Shown: positions 12,755 to 24,634 of the stretch, piece by piece
Numbering within the stretch: position 1 is the first letter of the stretch
Layout: each line of letters begins with the position of its first letter
DNA from: Macrostomum lignano
Taxonomy: Eukaryota
DNA length: 64,000 bases
Direction: 5' to 3'
Assembly: GCA_002269645.1 (NCBI GenBank)
Contig: NIVC01002731.1
Coordinates: 62,001 to 126,000, forward strand
Made by a program: the position numbers and the translations under genes
Notes under the pieces: generated by a model
The model's database searches: none
Told to the model about the DNA's origin: nothing
What the model saw: the letters and a program-made list of their open reading frames with translations, nothing else

Positions 12755-13010
12755 TACGAGCGGGTGGCAATAAGTTTTCGCATGCACAAAGTGGGAAAGT
12801 GATGTACTCTATTTGTGCATACGCACACAACAATCTCATCACCTGACGGAGGAGCAAAGGTGGCTGCTCAGACTCACTCGGTCTGGGAAATCGTCAGTGG
12901 TGATGAATCCTGGATCGACAGTTTCGACCCAGAGACCAAACAGCAGTCGGCCCAGTGGACATCAGTTGGAGGCGTCCCACCAATGAAGCTGCAGCGAAAT
13001 AGGAGCGTGG
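12755..13010 (+). mobile_element. Mariner-family remnant: one TIR-like end plus a transposase fragment
   Basis: TACGAGCGGGTGGCAATAAGTTTTCG at 12755 resembles mariner ends. The peptide IVSGDESWIDSFDPETKQQSAQW matches the mariner first catalytic-D motif (GDExW...PETKxQSxQW). No second TIR was found. Confidence 0.75.
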
Positions 13011-13236
13011 CAAAGCATAGATATTATATAAGATCTATTGTTAAAACTGAAAAACTCGTTTCCACTCCAGATGCTAATTATAGAACTCCTTGCATTCAAG
13101 GAATACGTAAGAACAGCTATGACCACAGACAAAAGTCACCGGTGAGCATTGTATAAATCTTTTTGCTTTCATTCATGAATTGATGCAGGCGTCTATCTTT
13201 AGCTTACAGATAGCCAACACCAACAAGAAAAAGAAA

Positions 13237-13701
13237 ATGGCCAACGAGAGCAACGCCACGAATAATCGATCTCGCTCGTCAGCAACAACAGCAACAACAG
13301 CCAGAGATCGCAGTAGATCTCCGCCAAAGACAATCAGGTCCAGTTCAACCAAGACTGCGACGACAGTTGCAAACGCGCAATCCGATGACAACAGATGCCG
13401 CATCTGCAGAAGCTCCAGCGCGGACGACAATAATCAGCCTCTGTTGAACAATCTCTGCAACTGCCGCGGCAGTGTTGGCAGCGCACACGCCGACTGCGTC
13501 ACCAATTGGCTACGACGATCTCTGCAGATCCGCTGTGAACTGTGCGGCGCCGCCTACCCGCTGTGGGTGGTGCCGAAGCGAGCTCTGGCGCGGCAGCACA
13601 ATCTGGAGATGGACGCGCTTGAGCACCAGCAGGACATGCAGTGGGAGGAGCGACGCTTGCAGTTGGCTCGTCGTATGTCAAGAGGGAATTCACTGAACTG
13701 A
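13237..13701 (+). CDS. RING-CH (MARCH-type C4HC3) domain protein, apparently single exon; alternative start at 13180
   Basis: CRIC...LCNCRGSVGSAHADCVTNWL...CELC is the RINGv pattern. No transmembrane segment precedes the stop. Confidence 0.8.
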   Translation: MANESNATNNRSRSSATTATTARDRSRSPPKTIRSSSTKTATTVANAQSDDNRCRICRSSSADDNNQPLLNNLCNCRGSVGSAHADCVTNWLRRSLQIRCELCGAAYPLWVVPKRALARQHNLEMDALEHQQDMQWEERRLQLARRMSRGNSLN

Positions 13702-14384
13702 CTGAATCAGATCTGAATGTCCAAAGTTCTAAGAATTCAACGAATAGGCCTGTTGCTTTTGAAATTTTCTTTTTGCAAATTTTCAAATTTTGGTTTGTAG
13801 TAAAAATAGAAGCGGTTTTTGAAAAGACAGATACTATGTATGTGTCTCTATGCGACTTAATGATGTTAGTTAGTTTAAATTTCGAAAAGATGACTTCCGG
13901 AACACACGAGAATGCGAGGGTTTAGAGTAGACAGAGTTTTGTGGTGGCAAATTTATTAATCTAATCTTTAATAGCTCTGCAATGAGACTTATTAAAGATT
14001 AAATTGAAAATGCGTATTTTTTATTTATTAAGTTCTAAATTCGTGTCAAATCTGTCATATTTGGTTGCAATGAAAATATTTTACTTGACTTTTGTTCCAG
14101 AATCCTGTATTTTTGTCTATCACCGGTTGAAAATGACTTGGAATAAAAATGTATTTTTTTCTTTTTAACGTTAGTGGTGACAAATTATTTAAATAAACGC
14201 CTGAAAGTTTGAAACGCAAACTTTCTGCAATTTTTTATTCGAGTTTTCACGTCTTTTTTTCCATTTTGGTAACGAAACGCCAGCCCAGCCCAAACATCGG
14301 TGCCAAGCTGCTAAGCTTCAAAGAGTCCTCCACGATAATGGAAGCGACGACGACCGACAGTGCAGGAGGTGCTGCTGCTGACGC

Positions 14385-14562
14385 TGTAAAACTGATAAGA
14401 CTGATCGATACGCTGTAAAACTGATAAGACTGATCGATACGCTGTAAAACTGATAAGACTGATCGATACGCTGTAAACCTGATAAGACTGATCGATACGC
14501 TGTAAAACTGATAAGACTGATCGATACGCTGTGAAACTGATAAGACTGATCGATACGCTGTA
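14385..14562 (+). repeat. 29-bp minisatellite (CTGTAAAACTGATAAGACTGATCGATACG), about 6 copies
   Basis: Tandem copies are directly visible. Confidence 0.9.
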
Positions 14563-14917
14563 ATGTAAAAGACTCAACCCTGCTTCGTTAAAGACTAGAA
14601 AAGCACTAAAAAGAAAAAAGCGTCAGATGCCGTCCGGTAGTCATTAGTCGGCATGGATTTTCTCGGAAACTAATGAAGCGAATAGTGACTGATTTCGGTG
14701 TAATTAATGCATCGAAATTCTTTCCAAGCAATACGAAAGTAGTAGTTCAATGTGTTAAAACTGATTTTTCAGTGCTAAATACTCAAGTATTAGTTCGATT
14801 TATTCAATATAAAGTTGAAAATTTCTATTGATTAATAAAACAGTCAGTTTATGCAATCATTTTAATAAAGAAGTTCCACCTGCCCACTTCCAAGCAGCCA
14901 CATGCCGGGCCAGGTGA

Positions 14918-17900
14918 TCACAGAAAACAGACTTCGCCAACTTCCAGTGCTCCTCCGGTTGCAGGGAAACCCGGCGACTGCAGATCGCGGACTGGTAGCA
15001 GGCGCGACCTGCCAGACACCAGCAGTCGCTGCTGATAAGCTGCTGCAGCCTTGTTGGCCGTCTGCTGCGGAATATAAAAGATTTGGTAGTTCTTATTTGA
15101 TTTGATGATGTGAAAGATTGCCGATGTACACCTTGCGTGCGTTTGTGCTCGCGAGTCAGGTGAATTGACATGGGTTGGCGTGAATTGGTTTGTCACTTGC
15201 GGGCACCTTAGCGCAAGGACGCACTCACACACACGCTCACACAAGCTATAGGATGTACCGCGGCCCTGACTTTCCAATCGTCAGGCATGTGCACTGCCTG
15301 TGCCTTGGGGGTTGGCCCTCATGGGTGCGAACAGATAAACAAACAGCTGACAGTGTAGAAAGCCGCTTACCTCGCAACCCTCGCCAACGATGCTGTATCC
15401 GGCAGCCCGCCTCAACGAGCCGGTCCCTCCGTGTGTCAGCACTTCGTCACTGTCGGCAAATAGTTGAACAATTCGACCGCTAGCAGCCGATGCGTTGCAG
15501 TTCAGCGTGAGAGTCTGGCTGCCGGTCAGGCTGCGTAGCTTCAGATGATTCAGCTGGCTGCCCTCCACCTCGTATTGCAGCTGACGGAAGGTTTGGACAA
15601 ATTGGGGGGAGAATTAATGATAGAGAAAAGCTTTCATAAATTTCTATGAGCTGTTTCTGCCACCGCCAAATAGGCGGTTAAAAAAATCTAGTAGGTATGA
15701 CGTGTCAGCGGCCCAGGCTCGATTCCAAGTGCAGTCACACTGATTAGGGGCTAGATTGGAATCTCGGCTTGGCTCTGCTCGTGCAATTAACGACCTTGAG
15801 GGCCAACACCAAGACACAGTGTAGTATACATGCCTAACGATAAATAAAGTCAGGGCCACTGTACACTCCTGTGTGAGTGTGTGCCTGTGTGCATGACTGC
15901 GTACGTATCCGCGCTTTTGTGTGCCTGCTCAGGGGAGTCGGCGGAATGGGCAGTAATGTGACTGCACTTGAAATCGTTGGCTTGTGATGCCAGTAAGAGT
16001 TATCTTGCTCATCATTTCTGCTTTTATTCTATTACTGGTATCCCAACCTCTCAGGTGCCTCCAGCAAACACTAACTTTAAAATGTAAGAAAAGAATACCA
16101 ATGATTGTAATTAGCAACCAAACAGCCTTGAGTCCGCGACTGCCACTCACATCTCCCTGTCCAAGTGTCTCCTCAACAAGCCAGCTGCTGCTGCCACCAG
16201 TTTGGAAGCTCTTCTGCGGCGCAGTCTGGACCCGGCTGCGCTTGGGAGCTACGCAGGTTTGCTGCGTGTCTCGTCGGCAGAGCAGACGGACTGCGTCGGC
16301 TGGTCGGCCGCCGTTCGGGTCGATCCAATAGCGGCCGGTGCTGAGCTGCGGCCTGACGGCGAACAGCTGGGCGCAGGTCACCGCCGGGGCCGCTTCGCTG
16401 CCGTCAACGAATCGAGACGGCTGCGGCAATGGCGCCGCGTCGCGCATCAGAGCCTGGGAGCCGTCGTCTGGGTCGCTGGCGATCCGGGCCTGACCGGTGT
16501 TTGGGGAGGTTTTTTGCATGATTTATACGGTCTGCAAGAGATACGGGCTTTTGGAAGGACCAGAGAATGTGTTCAGAAACTGTCATTAAAGATCGTGTGC
16601 TGTATTTGGGACGCTGTTCTTGAAGATGCTGTATTTGGGACGCTGTCCTTGAAGATGCTGTATTTGGGACGCTGTCCTTGAAGATGCTGTATTTGGGACG
16701 CTGTTCTTGAAGATGCTGTATTTGGGACGCTGTCCTTGAAGATGCTGTATTTGGGACGCTGTCCTTGAAGATGCTGTATTTGGGACGCTGTTCTTGAAGA
16801 TGCTGTATTTGGGACGCTGTCCTTGAAGATGCTGTATTTGGGACGCTGTCCTTGAAGATGCTGTATTTGGGACGCTGTTCTTGAAGATGCTGTATTTGGG
16901 ACGCTGTTCTTGAAGATGCTGTATTTGGGACGCTGTTCTTGAAGATGCTGTATTTGGGACGCTGTCCTTGAAGATGCTGTATTTGGGACGCTGTCCTTGA
17001 AGATGCTGTATTTGGGACGCTGTCCTTAAGATCGTGTGCTATACGAGTATTTAGGAAGCTGTCTTGAAGATCATGCAACGATAAATCGAAACTCTTCCTC
17101 ATAAATTTCAACTTACCCGCTTTCCAGGAGGTCCACGCCGACCCTCGGGTCCCCGCGCGCCCCTGTAGCCTTTGGGTCCCTGGTGTCCCTTAACACCTGG
17201 CGGACCGCGCGGACCCCTCGGTCCGGTCTGGCCGCGTCTGCCCCGGAACCCGGCTCTACCTCGGAAGCCTGCGTTGCCAGAGTAGCCGGGCTCTCCCGGG
17301 TCACCGTCCGTGCCCGGGGCGCCGGGCGGACCCTCCAGACCGATCGGACCCTCGACACCCTGCCAGCCAGGATGTCCTGGCTCGCCCGCGACGCCAGCCT
17401 CGCCTTGCAGACCTTTTTCGCCGGGGTCGCCCGGGTACCCGATAGCGCCAGCTGCCCCAGCCGCGCCTGGCGCTCCGATCGCGCCGGGGTCGCCCCGGCT
17501 GCCGCGCCGTCCATAGCGGCCGGGAGCTCCGGCTCCGCCGTCACTGCCTGGTGAACCGCGCGCTCCTATGTTCCCTACACTGCCAGGCTCGCCAAGTTGA
17601 CCCTTGACGCCTTTGGCCCCAATGCCGCCCTTCGGACCCAGCGGGCCAGTTGGACCGGCGTCGCCGCGACCACCCGGTTCGCCGATGTCGCCGCGTTGTC
17701 CCTCGTGGCCTCTCTGACCTTTGAAGCCCTGCAGATGGTTAGTTGGTGACAGGGATTGAGGAGATTTTGTATTTTTCATATCTGGTAATCTAGAGCCTAA
17801 TTAGATGGTGAAGATGCCAACTGAAGCACTAGACAGAAACCCAAAGTACAGCGTCAGATCGAACCGACTGAACTCTAAGACTGACTGGAACAGTTCTTAA

Positions 17901-20900
17901 TAAACTTGAAAACACCTCATCCAGGTAACCTCTTAAAGAGAGTTGAAAACTCTTATCAACACCAGTCAGTCACCTTCTCGCCAATGTGGCCCGGATCGCC
18001 CGAAGGTCCCCGATCTCCAACCGCGCCAGGCAAGCCTTTGGAACCGGTGTCGCCGATCAGACCGGGCGATCCGGCCCGACCTGCCGAGCCGTGCGGTCCG
18101 ACGTCGCCAACGTCGCCCTTCTGTCCGGAGTCGCCCATAGCGCCGCGCTCGCCTTTCCGGCCGGTGTCGCCGCGTTTTCCGAACGCGCCAACGACTCCGC
18201 GCCGACCCTGGAAGCCAGGCAGTCCAGTGGGCCCGGGCAAGCCAGAGACGCCGTCGTAGCCCGTGGCGCCGCGCTCTCCGGGCCCGCCATCGGTGCCGGG
18301 CGCGCCGCGCTCGCCTGGCCGGCCAAGCTCGCCAGGAGCGCCGCTTTCGCCAACGAAACCAGTCGGGCCGGTGGGTCCGCGCGAGCCGGGCAAGCCGCGT
18401 TGACCAGCAAATCCGGTGGCACCCTTGGCGCCTTTCTCGCCGGGCGGACCGAAGAGTCCTTTGGCTCCGGGGCGACCCATCGGGCCCTTGGTTATGAAAA
18501 AGTTTGGAAGGAAAATGCGCTTTTAGTGTGTTGGTTGGCGGCGTCGACTTTTTTTTGGCTTAGCTCACTTTAGGCGACATTGTCACACAACCGGCGAGAG
18601 GCATTACTGCCCATTCCGCCGACTCCCCTGAGCAGGCACGCAAAAGCGCGGATACGTACGCAGTCATACGCACAGGCACACACTCGCACAGGAGTGCACA
18701 GTGGCCCTGACTTTATTTATCATTAGGCATGTACACTTCACTGTGTCTTAGGAGTTTTACTTCAATGGCGTTAATTGCACGAGCAGAGCCAAGCCGAGAT
18801 CCAACTTGGAATCGAGTTTGGGCCGCTGGCACCACAAAGTTAAGCCCCCCCTCTAATTAGTATACAACTCTGATTTCGTACATTCATAATCTGTTATCTC
18901 AGTACTGACTCTACGGCTTTGATTTCAATCAGTTGATTTCAGCTACAAGTTTTAAGTGGAAACCTTCAGTCTTTTCTCAACAAGCAAATGAAGATAAATG
19001 ACTCACAGGAGGACCCGATGGGCCGAAAGGGCCGCTGAAGCCGGTATCGCCGGGCATTCCGTCATAGCCAGGCCGGCCCTTCGGCCCAGGCTCTCCCTTG
19101 GGCCCGGGAAACGCGACGGGTGGCAGCGACCGGCCCTGGGCTTGGTAGCGAATTATCTTGCCAGGCTCGCCGAGTTCACCCTGCGGAACGGGGGATTCGG
19201 TTGGAGTTGAGATTTAAAATTATAAAATCCGTGGGCTCATGTAATTAACACTTACTATACGGCTTGTGTGTGTATCTTACCGACACTCCTTGCTTTCCTT
19301 TGTCGCCTGTGTCACCTTTGTAGCCACGAGAACCTCTCTCGCCTTTGGAGCCGGCGGTTCCGTTGTTACCCGGTGGTCCTGCCACGCCCTGGCAACGAGA
19401 TTTGTTTGCGAGTTGCAAGTTGCTTCAAATTTTATCGAAGCAGGCTATTTGAGGATTTAATTGGTCACTGACTAGAGCAGGCATTCATTGGAGGTCAGTA
19501 GGTCACTAGAAATATTACTAGATTGTACTGTGTAGGTCAATAGAAGGATTACGGATTGTACTGTGTAGGTCAATAGAAGGATTACTGGATTGTACTGTGT
19601 AGGTCAATAGAAGGATTACTGGATTGTACTGTGTAGGTCAATAGAAGGATTACTGGATTGTACTGTGTAGGTCAATAGAAGGATTACGGATTGTACTGTG
19701 AAGGTCAATAGAAGGATTACGGATTGTACTGTGAAGGTCAATAGAAGGATTACGGATTGTACTGTGAAGGTCAATAGAAGGATTACTGCATTGTACTGTG
19801 AAGGTCAATAGAAGGATTACGGATTGTACTGTGAAGGTCAATAGAAGGATTACGGATTGTGCTGTGAAGGTCAATAGAAGGATTACGGATTGTACTGTGA
19901 AGGTCAATAGAAGGATTACTGCATTGTACTGTGAAGGTCAATAGAAGGATTACGGATTGTACTGTGAAGGTCACTAGAAGGATTACGGATTGTACTGTGA
20001 AGGTCAATAGAAGGATTACTGCATTGTACTGTGAAGGTCAATAGAAGGATTACGGATTGTACTGTGAAGGTCAATAGAAGGATTACGGATTGTGCTGTGA
20101 AGGTCAATAGAAGGATTACGGATTGTACTGTGAAGGTCAATAGAAGGATTACTGCATTGTACTGTGAAGGTCAATAGAAGGATTACGGATTGTACTGTGA
20201 AGGTCAATAGAAGGATTACGGATTGTACTGTGAAGGTCAATAGAAGGATTACTGGATTGTACTGTGAAGGTCAATAGAAGGATTACGGATTGTACTGTGT
20301 AGGTCAATAGAAGGATTACTGGATTGTACTGTGTAGAAGAACTATTAGCACTCACAGCAGCTCCCTGCGGTCCGTAGCCGCCACTGCGACCTTCAAAGCC
20401 CTTCGGTCCCCTGTCACCGACGGGGCCGCGACCGCCGGCGGCGCCTTTTTCGCCGGCTTCGCCTTCGCTGCCACGCAGCCCACGAAATCCGTCGAAGCCC
20501 GGAGCGCCCGGCTCGCCAACTTGGCCGGGCGTCCCGACGCTGCCAGGCTGGCCGGGCGGACCGGTGGAACCGCGCGGACCTTTGGCGCCTTTAGCGCCAA
20601 CCGCGCCGGTTGGGCCGCGCGTACCTGGATCCCGAGAGCGCCGCCGGCTCCGTCGGGACCGGGACGCCGTTGAGGCCCCGACGACCTGGCGAGCCGATGC
20701 CGCCAGCACTGCCTTTCGGACCGGGCGAGCCGGGCGAGCCGACAGGACCAGCGGCACCTGTGGCTCCCTGAATAGTGCGGCGTGTACTTTTGCTAAGCAG
20801 ATGAAGCGAAGAAGATAGCAAAAACGGGGAAGAATATCAAGAAATTCAGTTCATAGATGGCCAGACTTTCTATCAAAGAAAAGTTAGATATTAGTCCGCT

Positions 20901-23415
20901 CTTCATCGGCAATTGACCTCTGAGCTAGGAACTCATCGTTGATTAATAACCAGTTAGTCGAGTTCTCGGATAAGTACTCACGTTGCTACCGGGTGATCCA
21001 TCTGGCCCAGGCATGCCTCGAATGCCGATGGGTCCAACGGAGCCGGGCGACCCGTTGGAGCCGTCCTTGCCCGGGTAGCCTTTCAAACCGGGGAGGCCTT
21101 TGGAACCTGATCGGCCGGGGCGCCCGGCTTCGCCCTGTTTAGAGTTCATCCAGGTGTAATTATGTACTTGAAGTAATTAGATGCTAATCACGGAGAGATC
21201 TTTAGTGACTTCATAGAATTCACGGTGTGCAAACCCGCTAATTGCAAATCTTTGCGTTACAACAACGGTCTGTTTTTGAATCTTTGACGCAAAGGGGCTG
21301 TGTGCACCCTGGCGCACTTTAAGCGACATTGTCACACAACCGGCGAAAGGCATTACTGCCCATTCCACCTACTCCCCTGAGCAGGCACACAAAGCGCGCG
21401 GATACGTGCGCAGTCATACGCACAGGCACACACTCACACAGGAGTGACTTCACTAAAGTCTGTGTGATCGCACGAAACTTGGCCTTATTTGATAGCGTTA
21501 TAGACTAGCCTAAAGCCTACCGGTAAAGGCGGAGAGAACAGCTCACCTGCAGTCCCTGTTGGCCATTTTTGCCCGTAGCTCCCTCGTCGCCGTCGCGGCC
21601 GTCCTCTCCGGATTCGCCCGGCTCTCCCGTCTGTCCCTGCTCGCCTTTGGGACCGGCTTCCCCGGGTGCGCCTGGGACGCCCGGCGAACCGGGACTGCCA
21701 GCCAGGCCCTGCTCACCAACCGGTCCTTTGTCGCCTGGGGCGCCGCGCTTGCCAGAGTCGCCGCGCTCGCCAGATTCGCCGCGCTCTCCGACGCCGCCGT
21801 TTTCGCCGCCGCGTCCGGGATAGCCTGGCTGGGCGGCCGGGCCCGGGCTTCCGACTTTGCCGAGCTCGCCCGGCGAGCCCCGCGGTCCCGGGCGGCCTTT
21901 AGCGCCGGGCCGGCCAACCGGTCCGGCTGGGCCGATCGGGCCCTGGCGGCCCGGCTCGCCAATGTCGCCGCGAGTGCCTTTGATGCCGGGCAGGCCGTCG
22001 AGGCCTGGCGGTCCCGCGTTACCAGACGCCCCAGGCGGTCCCGGCTTGCCTTTGGCGCCTGCCAGACCTGTCGGGCCGGGCAGTCCGGCGTCGCCTTTCT
22101 CGCCGTGGCTGCCAATCGGACCCTCGGCGCCAGGAAAGCCGACCGGACCGATGAGGCCGGGCTGACCGATCGGCCCGGTGACACCTGGTGAACCGGGCAG
22201 GCCGGTGGAGCCGCGCTCTCCGACCGGCCCATCGGGTCCCGGCTCGCCCCGCTCTCCTAAGAGGCCCATCGGCCCAGCGGGTCCGACTGCGCCCTCGTTT
22301 CCTGGTGCACCGGCGTCGCCTTCCTGGCCCTTGGCGCCCGTAGCACCTGGCGGGCCCTTGGCGCCGGGACCTCCCGCGTCGCCGATGGGGCCGTTGAGGC
22401 CGAGCTCGCCAGGCAGGCCCGGACGGCCCGGCGGCCCGACCGGGCCTCGGTCTCCTTGGGCGCCTTTTTTGCCCGGAGAGCCCGGCTCGCCGGCGTTGCC
22501 AGGTCGGCCGTCCAGACCGACATAGCCGTGCTGGCCTGGAGAGCCAGGCGGTCCAGGCGGACCGGGCGGGCCTGGGTTGCCTTTGATTCCGATTGGGCCC
22601 TGGGGTGCTTCGGGCTGCAGAGAGCGGCGAGTGCGAACCTGCGGGACGTAAGGCATGAGGGAGTTGCTTAAGATGCCATGGCTCAATGGGGAGTTGCTTA
22701 AGATGCCATGGCTCAATGGGGAGTTGCTTAAGATGCCATGGCTCAATGGGGAGTTGCTTGAGATGCCATGGCTCAATGGGGAGTTGCTTGAGATGCCATG
22801 GCTCAATGGGGAGTTGCTTGAGATGCCATGGCTCAATGGGGAGTTGCTTGAGATGCCATGGCTCAATGGGGAGTTGCTTGAGATGCCATGGCTCAATGGG
22901 GAGTTGCTTGAATGCCATGGCTCAATGGGGATTTGCTTGAGATGCCATGGCTCAATGGGGATTTGCTTGAGATGCCATGGCTCAATGGGGAGTTGCTTGA
23001 GATGCCATGGCTCAATGGGGAGTTACTTGAGATGCCATGGCTCAATGGGGAGTTGCTTGAGATGCTATGGGCTCAAGTGGGAGTTGTTTGAGATGCTATG
23101 GGCTCAAGTGGGAGTTGTTTGAGATGCTATGGGCTCAAGTGGGAGTTGTTTGAGATGCTATGGGCTCAAGTGGGAGTTGTTTGAGATGCTATGGGCTCAA
23201 GTGGGGGAGTTGCTTTTCTCACCTGATGCTCCGTGTTGCCAGACGTCACTGAAACAAGTTGAGTAGAATCTGTTTATTAAAAAGACGAACTCACGGGAAG
23301 TGGTAATAATTTGATGAAAATTTGACAGGAGATTTAGCTAACTTGGCTTCAACGTACCTTGGCACAGTGCTAGCAGAGCCAGCAGCATCGCTGTGAGACA
23401 AGTGAGGCAAGCCAT
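14918..23415 (-). CDS. Fibrillar collagen A, 12 exons: 23415-23358, 23248-23223, 22638-21547, 21134-20982, 20767-20356, 19388-19281, 19180-19007, 18486-17974, 17728-17117, 16489-16151, 15580-15371, 15064-14918 (~1280 aa); two 1-bp frameshifts in exon 5
   Basis: Signal peptide [19 protein letters not shown] and an RTRR site. 331 Gly-X-Y triplets in GT-AG exons. COLFI motifs PAVTC, YWIDPN, DAV, TC, TLNC, EGC, LLPVRD and GEVCFL*. The acceptor of the first COLFI exon (16489) is the least certain. Confidence 0.9.
15700..15960 (-). repeat. Dispersed ~260-bp repeat, inverted copy of 18570-18830
   Basis: Reverse complement matches GCATTACTGCCCATTCCGCCGACTCCCCTGAGCAGGCAC...GGCCCTGACTTTATTTATC...GAGCAGAGCCAAGCCGAGATCC at 18600-18830. 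Confidence 0.8.
16595..17035 (+). repeat. 29-bp minisatellite (GATGCTGTATTTGGGACGCTGTCCTTGAA) in a collagen A intron
   Basis: Tandem copies are directly visible. Confidence 0.95.
18570..18830 (+). repeat. Dispersed ~260-bp repeat (copy 2); partial copies at 21320-21447 and a diverged one at about 15200-15320
   Basis: Direct sequence match among the intronic copies. Confidence 0.8.
19520..20338 (+). repeat. 33/34-bp minisatellite (GATTGTACTGTGAAGGTCAATAGAAGGATTACG) in a collagen A intron
   Basis: Tandem copies are directly visible. Confidence 0.95.
22660..23205 (+). repeat. 30-bp minisatellite (AGATGCCATGGCTCAATGGGGAGTTGCTTG) in collagen A intron 2
   Basis: Tandem copies are directly visible. 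Confidence 0.95.
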
Positions 23416-24009
23416 GATCGATTCCGGCTCCTACCAGCTCAAGCCTGTTTCTTCAAGTGACCCTCCGGTCCGAGGTAGCTTACTCAGGAAACCGATCTCG
23501 GCCTGTTTGTCCAGGCGTTCAAACTGTACTGTATAGCCGCTTTGCCAGCCAGGCCCCGGGTTCGGCCAAGTAAATGAAGGAAAGAAGACAAAAGTTAAGC
23601 TTGGCTGATGGGCGAACAGCAAAGGAACGGACGCGCCGTACTTACGGTGCATGCGTTGTCTAATTCCGGTTCGTTCCCTGGCCGGGGCCAACCCTCAGCC
23701 ACGCAGATGATAGCCATGGTTGGGGTTTGGATTCTTTGCCTTGGAACTGTCAGAGAGATTGCAGGCTGCGGAAAGGTCGTGGCCCAGCAGCTGACCAGGA
23801 CTTTGGCTGTACGCTTTCAGGGGTTACGAATCTGCAAATTCTCGGCTAGAAGGGTGGTGCAAAAAATTTTTCCCGAGAAGAAATTTTGATGAAGACGCGA
23901 GGTTTGATCATCATGACTCGAATTTGGTGCCTCTGCACTCGCTTTGATGCTGCAAACCCGAATTTGGCGACCCTAGCAGCACCTCTAATAGCTCGTACGA
24001 CTGTCATCC

Positions 24010-24634
24010 ACTAAGGCTTCACTGACAAACATCTAAGCACTACTGACATCCACTTAGATAACACTGACAACACATCTAAGCACTACTGATATCCACTTAG
24101 ATAACACTGACAACACATCTAAGCACTACTGATATCCACTTAGGCTTCACTGACAACACATCTAAGCACTACTGATATCCACTTAGATAACACTGACAAC
24201 ACATCTAAGCACTATACTGATATCCACTTAGGTAACACTGACAACACATCTAAGCACTACTGATATCCACTTAGATAACACTGACAACACATCTAAGCAC
24301 TATACTGATATCCACTTAGGTAACACTGACAACACATCTAAGCACTACTGATATCCACTTAGGCTTCACTGACAAACATCTAGGCACTACTGACATCCAC
24401 TTAGATAACACTGACAACACATCTAAGCACTACTGATATCCACTTAGATAACACTGACAACACATCTAAGCACTACTGATATCCACTTAGATAACACTGA
24501 CAACACATCTAAGCACTACTGATATCCACTTAGATAACACTGACAACACATCTAAGCACTACTGATATCCACTTAGGTAACACTGACAACACATCTAAGC
24601 ACTACTGATATCCACTTAGGTAACACTGACAACA
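24010..24634 (+). repeat. 43-45 bp satellite (AACACTGACAACACATCTAAGCACTACTGATATCCACTTAGAT), left part
   Basis: Tandem copies; the array resumes at 26001 and again at 30878. Confidence 0.95.
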
